Source: Rhizaria sp. SCN 62-66 (taxonomy: Eukaryota). Taken from it: a DNA stretch of 64,000 nt. The notes under the pieces are model-generated. The model had not been told where the DNA came from and did no database searches. It saw nothing but the letters and a program-made list of their open reading frames with translations. The position numbers were made by a program, and so were the translations under genes. Of the stretch, positions 1-10,406 are shown one piece after another. The stretch covers positions 1 to 64,000 of the forward strand of contig MEDY01000103.1 in assembly GCA_001724265.1 (NCBI GenBank). The letters are read 5' to 3'. Numbering within the stretch: position 1 is the stretch's first letter; each line of letters starts with the position of its first letter.

Positions 1-3
1 ACA

Positions 4-47
4 AGAAACACCACTTTTGAACACAGAAACACCACCTTTGGACACAG
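4..47. repeat. Two-copy direct repeat, period 21 nt (agaaacaccacYtttgRacacag)
   Basis: agaaacaccacttttgaacacag (4-26) and agaaacaccacctttggacacag (25-47). It may continue to the left of the window. Confidence 0.6.
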
Positions 48-1343
48 CGAGGGGAATACACCGTGGGCCGTCTTCGTCACCGTCTCACATGCTTTTTTAG
101 GTAAAATGTCGTGCGTCACAGACAACTAAAACATCAGTCAACTCAAAACAGAGAACCGAATGTATGTAAGTGAGTAAAAACGGACGACTATGTTGGAAGT
201 CTCCCCTCTTAGATGTTGCACTTGTTTGCATAAGCTCCTGTGGAGTTAAGAGAACATGCGGCATTTGTTCGTCCTCAAGTGACAGCTTTGGCAAGCCTTA
301 TGAGCTGGATAACTTCATGGATAATCTTCCAAATCAAAAGATTGCATATGATCCCGCTGGAGCATACTATTAATCACGTTGCATCGCAAGAACAGCGATG
401 GACACAGAGATATCATGGCGGCACCGTCGATGGAGCACGGTAGATGCGCGCCTTCGAAACGGGGACACAAACAAACGTAATATGAAGGTCTTTCAATGAT
501 AAGATCGACATGAATTGTAAAAATACAAATCGTTCGAGCAATCACACCGCAGCTTGCGTCCAAATAATGCCGGCGATGTGGCCTCGGACGCCTTGTGAAA
601 GGCTGGGCTGGGGTGAAACACCTCACTTCCAAGTCGCGTACATCGCAACTGCCGAACCCACTGTGAAATTGCCAAAATCACGAGGATTTCACATCGAGAA
701 GCAAGGGGTGAGATGCGAACTCGCATTATTAACTATATCCAAGTACTGATGGCCATATGGTGACGCGGTTGGGGCGAAATCCACGCGTTTGTGATCGCGG
801 ACGGCTTAACATGACCCCCTGCAACCCCAAGATCGCGTTCGCAGCCATGGGAGACGAGGCACCGAAGGAGACGAGACTGGGCGAGCAACTTCTGTGCGGA
901 CGCAGCGTATTCAACACCCTGTACCTATTAAAGCACAAGAATTGACTATAATGTCGACCTCGGTATTGGTGGTACGTTTTTAATTCTTCATTCGATGATG
1001 ATATCCCCGCAAATCTAAGGCCCACAAAGGCCCTGAGGGTGCGGTGCTTTGCTCCCCTCCGTTTTCGGTTTTTCTATCATATGCGCCGTGGGCTGGTACT
1101 GCAATGAGATATGTTTTTTAGTGACGTATACCCATGTACATTCCAAGCGCCCCGTGTCTTTTTGGGTTAGTTATAAGCACGCGAGTGTCCGAAACTGACT
1201 CCTTTCTAATGGTTTCGAGGGCTGCTTTGGCAAGCACGTCTCGGTCACTGGCTCTCTCCACCGCGTTTGCACGCATATTCTCGTCTCACTCAGTCATTGC
1301 GTCGGGTCTTACCGCATGTGTGTGCTTTTCTTCTTTTCTCCAG

Positions 1344-4300
1344 GGCAAGCTCCATGAAGCTTTGTCGCTCCGCGACCGCGCAACTATCACTTCAGCCTGC
1401 ACGGCCCTCGAAGCCGATGCATCCTCTGCTTCAGATTCGGCGGCCGTCGTGGCGCTTGCCGACGCCAAGCGCGTCGTGGCCAAGCTCGACCTCGTCGCGT
1501 CTCTCTACGCCGACGCCATGAAAATGCCTCGTGAGCACGTCCTAGTGGACCTTGTCGCCGCCGCAGACGCTCTTGACCTTGATACGCCCGAAGTGGCCAC
1601 CGCCAAGAATCTCAAGCGCGCCCTCATCGACCTCCGCGTCGCTGTCGAAACGCTTGAGGCCGTCTCTCTCAACACACCTGGCGCTGCGCTCGCTTCCACA
1701 CAAGAGAGAGTTGACGCCATCGGCTTTGCTGAGGCCGCGCTCGCCGCCGCCGCTGCCGCTGGCGTCCCCGCCTCGGCCCCCGCATACACACGTTTACAGG
1801 CGACGATGCAGAAGCATCAGGGCTCGTCCTCGGCGCTGACTGCGCTCACCGCGGCGCTTAACGGCAACCCGTCGATGGCGTTTGACGCGACCTCGGCAGC
1901 GCTCGTCTCCGCGCTCACGCTCGCGCTCGACGCAGGCCTCACCACGCACCCGCTGTCAGTCAAGGCCGCCGCCGTGGTGCGCACCACCGCGCAGCTGCGC
2001 CGCCGCGCGCAGGACGCTGTGGCCACCGCGCACGCCGTGACTTCGTCCGGCGCTGGCATGGCCCCCGTGCACGTGGCCGAGGCTGAGGCCGCGCTGCTGG
2101 CCGGCGAGGAGTTCGACGCCGCGCACAACAACGCCTTCGCGGTGTGCACGGCGGCCGAGTTCCGCGCCCTGCGCTCGCTGCTCGACGCCGTCGCCGTTGA
2201 GTACAAGCTCCTGGCCGCCACGCAGGCCGAGCTCGCCACGGGCGGCTGGGTCTTTGACCCGTCCCCGGCCACGGGCGCCGCGGTCGAGGCCGGCGGCTCC
2301 ATCCGCGGCGACTACGACGCCTACCCACCCGCGGCCGCGATCCGCATCACCGAGCTGCAGCGCTGCGCTACTGCGCTGGCGTCGCAGACGTCGCTGCTGC
2401 TGGCCGACGCACGCGACTACCTGTGCTTTGCTGAGGCCGTGCGGCGCCTCCGCGGCAAGGCGACCCTCGCCATCGGAACGAGCGACCGCGACCTATGGGC
2501 CTCGGTCGGCCGCGTGCTCGATGACCTCGCGCTTACCATGGGCACAGATGACAAGGGCGTCCAGCGCGCCGCCGCTGCGCCCGCGCTTGCGCGCCTGCAG
2601 GCCAGTCTCGCCGCTACGGCCGGCCGCACCAACGCGCTGCTGGGCGCCGTCGTCGCCGCCGCCAACGCGGCCGCGCGCCGCGGCTCCACCCGCGGCGGCC
2701 CGCCCAGCGTCTTCGCGCTTCCCGGACTCGGCGCCGGCGCCAACGCGGGCGAGGAGACCAAGAGCGGCGACGCGCGCACGCAGAAACGACCCGTGTCGCG
2801 CGTCATGCTCGGCGGTCGCGCGCTGCATGATATCCCGCTGCCCGCCGTGCCCGCGCCGCAGACGCCCGTGGACGACGACGCCGACGCCGCGGGCCTGCCG
2901 CCCGTGCCGCCGCCGCCCGCGCCCGACGCTGAGGCCGACGCCAAGGCCGAGGAGCTGGCCGCCAAGGCCCGCGCTGCCGCCGCCGCCGCCGCCGAGGGCG
3001 AGGGCGAGGAGGTCGACGTCGACGCCGAGATGGTCGCCAGCCAGCGCCTCGCGCGCCTGCACACGTACCTGTCGCTCAACGCCGAGGTGCGCTCGCTGCG
3101 CGCGGAGCTTGAGTATCAGCAGCTGGTGCAGGCGCACATCTCGCGCATGCACGTCGCCTTCGACAAGTACGACATCGCGCTGCTCGATGAGTCGGTCGCG
3201 CTGGCCCAGGCGCCGCCGCTCAACATGCGCGCCAAGTTCTCCCCGCAGCTCCGCGCGGCCGCGCGCCGGCGCGACGACATGGTCGAGTGCCGGCGCCGCC
3301 TCGTCGCAGCGCTGGAGCAGCCCGATGACCAAACGCTGGCCGACGCTATCATCTACGCGCAGACGCTGCGCTACCCGCACGAGGAGCTCTCCCGCGCGCG
3401 TGCGCTGCTCGAGACTGTGTCGATCATCAATGAGGAGGCCGCGGCGGCGTGGGAGGCACGCTCCGACGCCGCCATGGCGCGCGTGCTGACCAAGGCGTCG
3501 GCCGCGCGCGTCAACACGCCCGCCGTGCAGCAGATTCAACAGCACGTCTTTGCGCGCTCCAACGCAGGCGCCGGCGCCGGCGCGGGTGGGGCTGGCATGG
3601 GCGGCGAGGGCTCCGTGCCGCCGCACATGGCGCGCTCCGGCAGCGTTGTGGGCTCCGCCGTCGTCGGTGGCGGCATGGACGCGCTGCTGGCGCGGCGCCA
3701 GGCCGCGCTGGACTCGCTCGACCTGGAGGCCGTGGGGCGCGTGGACATCGAGATCCGGCGCCTGCACGTGCGCACCAACGCCGAGTCGATCGCGTTCGAC
3801 GGGTGCGAGGAGCTGCTGCCGCCCGCGACGTGGGCCAACAAGAAGTTCCTTTGCTGGGACCGCGTGGAACTGGCGCAGACGATGCTGGTGTACTCGGTGA
3901 ACCAGGTCCACGCCGCGCTGACGACGCTGCAGCGCACGACGATGGCGGACGAAAAGGAGCGCGCCAAGGTCGCGGCCGAGCTGGCTGAGCTTGTGCTGCT
4001 CTACGGCCACGACGGGCTGGACCCCGAGATGACGGACGAGCCGCCGCTGCCGGGCATCGAGGGCGTGCGCGCCGTGTCCGCGGGCGCGCACCGCGTGCTC
4101 ACCTTTATGCGCAACAAGGCGTACCTGGCCAACGAGCTCTATGCGCTGCTGGTGAAGCAGCTCACGGGCGTTCCCGTGGGGCTTGTGCGCGAGCGCTACT
4201 GGAAACTCATGGGGATATCGCTGTGCTTCTTCGCGCCGATGGGCGAGCCGATGCAGATGGCGCTGCACGAATTCTTGCTGCGGCGCGAGGCGAACAAGCA

Positions 4301-4571
4301 CGAGGCCGTGTTGATGGAACGCCTCTTCCCCAAGGCCTACACCAACACAGGCGTGCTGGGCATCCCAGGCCGGTCGAGTTACATCGCGCCGGGCTCCGTG
4401 TCGGGCCCGCTCAACAATGGCGCCAACACTATGGTAGTGCCACCCGACGTCACGGTCAAGGAGGTTGAGGACGTCACGGCCATGTTCACGTCGCCGCCCA
4501 TCACTTCCGACGAGCGCCGCGCCAACGCCAAGAAGGAAGTCCGCCGCCTCCGCTGCTTCTACCTCTCATAA
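1344..4571 (+). CDS. Terminal exon of a MyTH4-domain protein with helical repeats, possibly the tail of an unconventional myosin; 5' exons not resolved
   Basis: Polypyrimidine tract and acceptor ttttcttcttttctccag|GGC at 1343/1344, in frame, where GC-rich codon usage begins. The C-terminal 'LANELYALLVKQLT...RERYWKLMGISLCFFAP' matches the MyTH4 signature. Stop TAA. A possible micro-exon 951-971 (ATG...GTG|gtacgt) is speculative. Confidence 0.75.
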   Translation, partial: GKLHEALSLRDRATITSACTALEADASSASDSAAVVALADAKRVVAKLDLVASLYADAMKMPREHVLVDLVAAADALDLDTPEVATAKNLKRALIDLRVAVETLEAVSLNTPGAALASTQERVDAIGFAEAALAAAAAAGVPASAPAYTRLQATMQKHQGSSSALTALTAALNGNPSMAFDATSAALVSALTLALDAGLTTHPLSVKAAAVVRTTAQLRRRAQDAVATAHAVTSSGAGMAPVHVAEAEAALLAGEEFDAAHNNAFAVCTAAEFRALRSLLDAVAVEYKLLAATQAELATGGWVFDPSPATGAAVEAGGSIRGDYDAYPPAAAIRITELQRCATALASQTSLLLADARDYLCFAEAVRRLRGKATLAIGTSDRDLWASVGRVLDDLALTMGTDDKGVQRAAAAPALARLQASLAATAGRTNALLGAVVAAANAAARRGSTRGGPPSVFALPGLGAGANAGEETKSGDARTQKRPVSRVMLGGRALHDIPLPAVPAPQTPVDDDADAAGLPPVPPPPAPDAEADAKAEELAAKARAAAAAAAEGEGEEVDVDAEMVASQRLARLHTYLSLNAEVRSLRAELEYQQLVQAHISRMHVAFDKYDIALLDESVALAQAPPLNMRAKFSPQLRAAARRRDDMVECRRRLVAALEQPDDQTLADAIIYAQTLRYPHEELSRARALLETVSIINEEAAAAWEARSDAAMARVLTKASAARVNTPAVQQIQQHVFARSNAGAGAGAGGAGMGGEGSVPPHMARSGSVVGSAVVGGGMDALLARRQAALDSLDLEAVGRVDIEIRRLHVRTNAESIAFDGCEELLPPATWANKKFLCWDRVELAQTMLVYSVNQVHAALTTLQRTTMADEKERAKVAAELAELVLLYGHDGLDPEMTDEPPLPGIEGVRAVSAGAHRVLTFMRNKAYLANELYALLVKQLTGVPVGLVRERYWKLMGISLCFFAPMGEPMQMALHEFLLRREANKHEAVLMERLFPKAYTNTGVLGIPGRSSYIAPGSVSGPLNNGANTMVVPPDVTVKEVEDVTAMFTSPPITSDERRANAKKEVRRLRCFYLS

Positions 4572-5584
4572 GTGAAGCGCAGCAAGACTCACTGTAACGC
4601 TGTGTTTGCGAAGTGCGAGGTAAAGTGGAGCGACAATGCGCACGGGCTTTTGTGTGAGAAGTGAGTGCAGTTGCTGCTGCTCACTGTATCCCAACTCTCG
4701 TACGTTTGACTTTGTCTTACTTTCTCTCTCTTCTTTTTTAACTTCAGACGTTCACTTTTTGTTGCTGCTGCGCCTTTCCTAGTGATGCTGATTGGCTCGT
4801 GCCTAAAACATACACACACACACGCAACTCGCACATGCCCACGTTCGACGTGTGGGTTAAATGTGTGTATTTGTACAACCGTTCTCCTCATCCACTTCCT
4901 TCCTCTAGCTTTCTTTCTCTGCTTGATTCTGTTAGCTTGTCGTTCTCTTTTCATCATAGTGTGTTGTTTGTAGCAATAGCCATCGTTTTATCTTCATACG
5001 ATTTGTTTTCTCGTTTAACACGCGCGTTTGATCGCGCCCGTCTTCCTTGATTGCGTTGCTTGCGTCTTTTTAGTTGTGTTCCCAATCGTTTTAATACAAA
5101 TGCACATTGCTGAATCAAACTTGAAAACGATGTCGTAAAACCCAATGCAACCAAAGATAAACTATCATTGCGTGATATGAATAAGGTCTGGTGATATTTT
5201 GTAGTGGTCTCTGTATCAGTTCCTGAGACGACACACAGCAAAAAAATGCTGTACTGTGCGACGCCTAAGGTTCATTAAAAAGGTGCTTAAATAAGCTTTT
5301 TAGTTACATGATGAAAACAATTTTCTTTCTTTTTGGAATAGTTGTTTGTCACTTATCTTCTTCTTTTCCTCCTTCCCTATCATTCAAAAACAATACCCTA
5401 AGTCCAAACTGCACACCCACACACGCTTGAAAGAACTCAAACACACACGAGACCACTGCTTAACGACGCTTTCGTCATTCAGGCAGTCAGTCGGTCAATC
5501 GGTGAGTCAAGCGCTCCACGGGTAAGTGAGTTTGCGAGTCTGTTAAGCCACCGGTCGGTCAGTCAGTCAAGACGGTCGGTGCAC

Positions 5585-7661
5585 TTAGTGGGCCTCGGGG
5601 TCGTTGTCCTGGGCCTCGATGCGCTTGCGCTCCTCAGCGGCAGCGCGCTCCTTGTCGGCCTCGGCGCGCTTCCACTCGGCGTAGGCCTCACGGAGAGCAG
5701 GGAGCATCTGCGCGCGGTTCCACTGGTCGCGGTGCTGACGGGGGTAGAAGAGGAACTTGAGATCCTTGTTGATCTGCTTCAGCTCCTCGGGGTCGAAGCG
5801 CTCGAGCAGGGTCCAGGCGATGGAGAGCGAGTCGAAGACGTCGCGCTTCTTGTAGGCGTCCTGGGCCACGAACTCAGACTCGAAGAGCTCCTCGAACTTG
5901 AGAAGCTTCTTCTCCTCATCGTTGAGGGCGTCCTCACCGACGACGGCCTTGAGGGCCTGGGTCTCCTTGCCACCGGCGTAGTTGGCGTAGAGCTGGTTGG
6001 ACACGGAGGGGTGGTCCTCGCGGGTGAAGCCACGGCCAATGGCGGACTTCATGAGACGGGAGAGCGAGGGAAGCACGTTGATGGGGGGGTAGATACCCTT
6101 GTTGTGCATCTGGCGGTCGATGAAGATCTGACCCTCCGTGATATAGCCCGTAAGGTCGGGAATCGGGTGAGTGATATCGTCGTTGGGCATGGTAAGAATG
6201 GGGAGCTGGGTGATGGAACCGTTCTTGCCGAAGACACGGCCGGCACGCTCGTAGATGGTGGAAAGATCCGTGTACATGTAACCGGGGTAACCACGGCGAC
6301 CAGGCACCTCCTCACGGGCGGCGGACACTTCACGGAGGGCATCGGCGTAGGAGGACATGTCGGTAAGGATACACAGCACGTGCATCTCGCGCTCGTAGGC
6401 GAGGTACTCGGCGGTGGTGAGGGCGAGACGGGGCGTGATGATACGCTCGATCGTGGGGTCGTTGGCGCGGTTGACGAAGAGCACGGTGCGCTCCATGGAG
6501 CCGTTGGCCTGGAAGTCCTCCTCGAAGAAGCGGGCAGTCTCCATGTTGATACCCATGGCAGCGAAGACGATGACGAAGTTCTCCTCGGTCATGTCAAGAC
6601 GGTTCGAGGCGTTCTTGACGAGACCGGCCTGACGGCAGATCTGGGCGGCGATGTCGTTGTGGGGCAGACCGGCGGCGGAGAAGAGGGGGATCTTCTGGCC
6701 ACGGGCAATGGACATGTTCATGTCGATGGCGGAGATACCAGTCTCGATCATCTGACGGGGGTACTCGCGCTGGCAGGGGTTAATGGGCTGGCCCTGGATG
6801 TCGAGGTAGTCCTCGGCGAGAATGGGCGTCTTGTTCGAGTCGGTGGGGCGACCGGAGCCGTCGAAGGTGCGGCCAAGCATCTCCTCGGAGATGGGCATCC
6901 TGAGGACATCACCGGTGAACTCGCAGCGGGTGTAGGTGTTATCGATGTAGTGAGTACCCTCGAAGACCTGAACGATAGCGCGCTTGCCGTGAATTTCGAG
7001 CACCTGACCGACACGCTTCTCGCCGTTGCCGAGGGTGATGTTGACGATCTCGGCGTACTTGGGGAGCTTGACGTTGTCGAGCACGACAAGAGGGTCCTTG
7101 ACCTGGGCGACAGTAGAGTAGTCTGTATAAGATCAAGTACACCGCGGAGACGCAAGAAGAGAAGACAGGTTGTGGCAAGAGCAAGGTGGAGCGGGGTTAG
7201 AGGGCAAACAGGAGGGGAACAAAAGCCGGAAAAAATGTGAATTAGTATGGTCAGTTTCCAGAAAAAATAAATGCTAGTGATTTTACAGTGATGATACATT
7301 CCGCAAATCGAAAACCAAATGTTGGGAAGGACGTGGTGAGGTGAATGAACACTTCCGGAATCTGGAGCAAGGGAGCGATGTCATCAAAGTGCGATCAGCC
7401 GAATTGGCTGATCAGACGCTGAGACAGGCAGCACAATCGTAAAACAAGCGCGCTCCAAAGAAATCAAGCTATTAAAGCCGCGTAATTGCTTGGAAGCAAG
7501 ATGAGAGGGCTATGGGGCAAGCCTTTGAGATGGCAATTGCGAGAAAGAAAAGGTCGCTTAGACGTACCGAGGTTGGGCTGGACGTGGTAGTCGCGAACAG
7601 CGGCGGCCGCGTTGATCTGCGGCAGCGTGAGGGGCTGACCAAACAACGAAACGGACGACAT
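5585..7661 (-). CDS. ATP6V1B: V-type H+-ATPase subunit B; exons 7661-7568 and 7122-5585
   Basis: Motifs '[30 protein letters not shown]', '[28 protein letters not shown]' and '[21 protein letters not shown]'. Exon 1 [31 protein letters not shown] joins via a gtacgt...tacag intron (7567-7123) to give ...[10 protein letters not shown]. Stop TAA. Confidence 0.97.
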
Positions 7662-8267
7662 TGTAAAGTGGTCGCTGCTAAATGGGCAACAAGGCGAGAA
7701 CAGAGGGCGATGAAAACAGGCAATTGTGAGAGTGTCATCGGACGGACCTCAGGGCAGGCAAATGCCCACGTCCAATTTGCGGTGCAGACAAGCCATTCAA
7801 GCAATGCAACAAATGAAATAGATAGAAAACCGAGCGCATAACTACTCTGCAAAATGGCATATCCATTGGTGCACGTTGAGGGGGAGATGTTTTGACGCTT
7901 CAGGTCGTCGAGCCCACACACCACGTCTTTGGCTCTTTCCCTTAGTAGCCCTCGCTCTCGGTCCGGCTTGGTGACCGTGAGCAACCCTCTCGCGACCAAA
8001 CTGATAGAACGCACAATTTTGGCCCAAATCCCAACGATGGTGACTTGATTCTCAAGCAGCATATTTAAAATATTGGACGGCTCGGATGTGACATATGAGA
8101 TATCTGTGTATTTTAGCCCTCTTTTGGTCAGGAAAATTTTAAAATGTTTTTTGTAGCTTTCCTTATAAGATTATAATACTGATTTTAAAAGAAACCGTGT
8201 TTTAACATTGACATACTGGAAAATTAATTTCGACCACAAAATAAAAACTGCTTTGTTTTTCAAACAT

Positions 8268-8449
8268 GGCGCCAAACAGAGGTACAACTTTATTTGAGTT
8301 CATATGACACGTGTATAGGTTAAAACTGCATTTCATAGTTGAGCCATCGAGTGCCTTTATAGTTTAGATGTGATCTATGAAATATTTTTCCGATTGGCGA
8401 TCGGAATAGTTTAGACAAGGGTGGACAAAACATGCAAGATCTTGGCGCC
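8268..8449. promoter_or_regulatory. Possible E2F-like sites upstream of the dCTP deaminase
   Basis: ggcgccaaa at 8268-8276 (TTTGGCGCC on the minus strand) and ttggcgcc at 8442-8449, in an AT-rich divergent promoter. Motif match only. Confidence 0.25.
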
Positions 8450-8663
8450 AGTTTCATGTCTCTTTTGACTATCGACATTATCTCTGTGAATAAGAACTCA
8501 TCATCGATCTCATCTGCATGATAAGCATGAATTACCCCGAGGTTTTATTTGCTGTGACTATATTTCCTTTGATTGACGGTATTATGTTTGGCGGTATGCT
8601 CATCGCTGTAACTCTCCTTTGCGACGACCGCGTGTCTCTCTTTGCGCTTAGAACTCGGCAACA

Positions 8664-10053
8664 ATGTCCAGTGAAAATGAGAACGAGCCCAAGCAGTCTA
8701 CGCTCTCCGACAAGGTCCGTCTCAGAAAAGCCTAGAGATAGCTCTGGTTTGCTCTTATTCATCATTCTTGGGTCTGTTATGCTGCCCCTTTCATCGCTCC
8801 CTTGCTTCTTGCTCACGTCATCCAATCTCGCCTTATCTCGATGTCCACTCATACAACAGGCTATTCTGCAGCACATGGCCAAGGGCACTGTGATTATCCA
8901 CCCGTTTTCCCCCGCGGCGCTTAACACTTCGAGCTACGACGTGACCCTGGGCGAGTACTACTTCCGCGAGGCGGAGCCTCAGCCCGGCATGGGCATCTAC
9001 AACCCGTACTCGGCCGCGCACGTCGCGCGCGTGTGGGGCACCACGCCGCTGCGCGCCCAGACGGCCGGTGAGTGGACCAAGGAGACCGGCATCCAGCTCG
9101 AAAACTTTGCCGACGACGACCGCATCATCTGGATTAAGCCTGGAGAGGTACGCGAACCTACTGTAACACGTGCATCGTCGTTTAGGCAACAATGTCATTT
9201 TACCATTCGCATAAGCCTGTTGAATCTTATCTGCTTCACTAATAACGGCGTAACTGATGTGCTTTGGTTTTTGTATTTTGGTATAGACTATTCTGGCTCA
9301 CACCAACGAGTTCATTGGCGGCCGCGACAGTGTCACGACGATGATGAAGGCTCGCTCAAGCATGGGTCGCAACTTCATCGAGATCTGCAAGTGCGCTGGG
9401 TACGTGAAACTAGTTGATCTTTCTTGCTATGATGTTCTCTCAACGAATCAATGTCTTTAGTGCCGCGAAGCAAGTATGAAATGAAATCGACCACTCTTAT
9501 GGTAATGCAACTCATCCTAATTGTTTATTCTCTTTGTGAACACTTGCACAACTGCTCTAGTTGGGGTGATGCGGGGTACTTCAACCGCTGGACGCTCGAG
9601 GTTACCTCTCTGAGCAGCTACTCCATTTGCCTCGGCGTCGGCCGCCGCATCGGCCAGATCGTCTTCTATGACACCATCGGCACGCTCGCTGGCCGCAGCT
9701 ACGGCAACGACGGCAAGTACCAGTCCGAGGCGGACCTGGCCCAGCTCGTCGCCAACTGGACCCCACTGGCGTGCCTGCCCAAGATGTACTTGGACCGTGA
9801 GATTGGCAAGGCGGGCGCGCCACAGCGTCTGCCCGCGGCCGCACCCACCACCTCGCAGCTGCGCTACGCGGGCGCGGCGCTCACGCGCGGCGACACCGAC
9901 GGGCCCGTCGGCGGCGTTACCACGACGCTGGCCGCCGACGCCGAGGTCGACCCCAACGGGTGGTACCTCGACGGTGCCGCTGTGGCCGCCAAGATGCTCG
10001 CCGAGGACGGTGCCAAGGTGCGCGCGCAGGAGGAGCAGAAGCAGAAGCAGTAA
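8664..10053 (+). CDS. dcd: dCTP deaminase (trimeric dUTPase superfamily); exons 8664-8714, 8860-9147, 9287-9399, 9561-10053
   Basis: The spliced protein reads 'TLSDK|AILQHM...LNTSSYDVTLG...IKPGE|TILAHTNEFIGG...MMKARSSMGRN...CAG|WGDAGYFNRWTLE...RIGQIVF'. It retains the Dcd RSS-x-x-R motif and catalytic Glu. All three GT-AG introns preserve phase. Stop TAA. Confidence 0.9.
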
Positions 10054-10406
10054 GCGTGCTAATTTTCCATCAGTGCTGCGATGGCGAGTGAGTGCGCATG
10101 TGCTGTGCAACAGCAAGCATTTACAGAGGCTGACTAAACGACTTGCATGTGCATAGGACAACTGCTAAAAAGCAACATGTTGCTCTTCGTATGACAAATC
10201 TAGACAACCAAAGAATCTAAATGAAGAAAGATAATCATTTCCAACAACCGTTCGACCAATTAACGGACAACATAGCGACAGAATCAGCAATACAATAGTA
10301 CAACGTGTATTTCTTTCATATAACGTAGTAATTTAATTGGTATGTATCCCCAAAATCTGCGCGCTTGAGATGAAGTTCTGAGAAATCCTCATGAAACATC
10401 ATATGA

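Noticed and set aside
1-60. The initial direct repeat as a CRISPR array
   Set aside because: Only two abutting copies, no spacers, no cas genes and a eukaryotic context.
60-1000. Short ORFs as transposon or gene remnants
   Set aside because: No recognisable transposase or RT motifs, and no consistent frame or codon bias.
1134-1343. N-terminal 70 codons of the 1145-aa ORF
   Set aside because: Intron-like composition ending in a polypyrimidine tract and CAG acceptor.
5480-5582. GGTC/AGTC tetranucleotide iterations in the V-ATPase 3' UTR
   Set aside because: Short degenerate microsatellite-like sequence with no evidence of function.
5579-7240. 553-aa plus-strand ORF opposite V-ATPase B (likewise 61867-63765 opposite SSADH and 2493-4301 opposite the MyTH4 gene)
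   Set aside because: Codon-register mirror images of conserved genes on the other strand.
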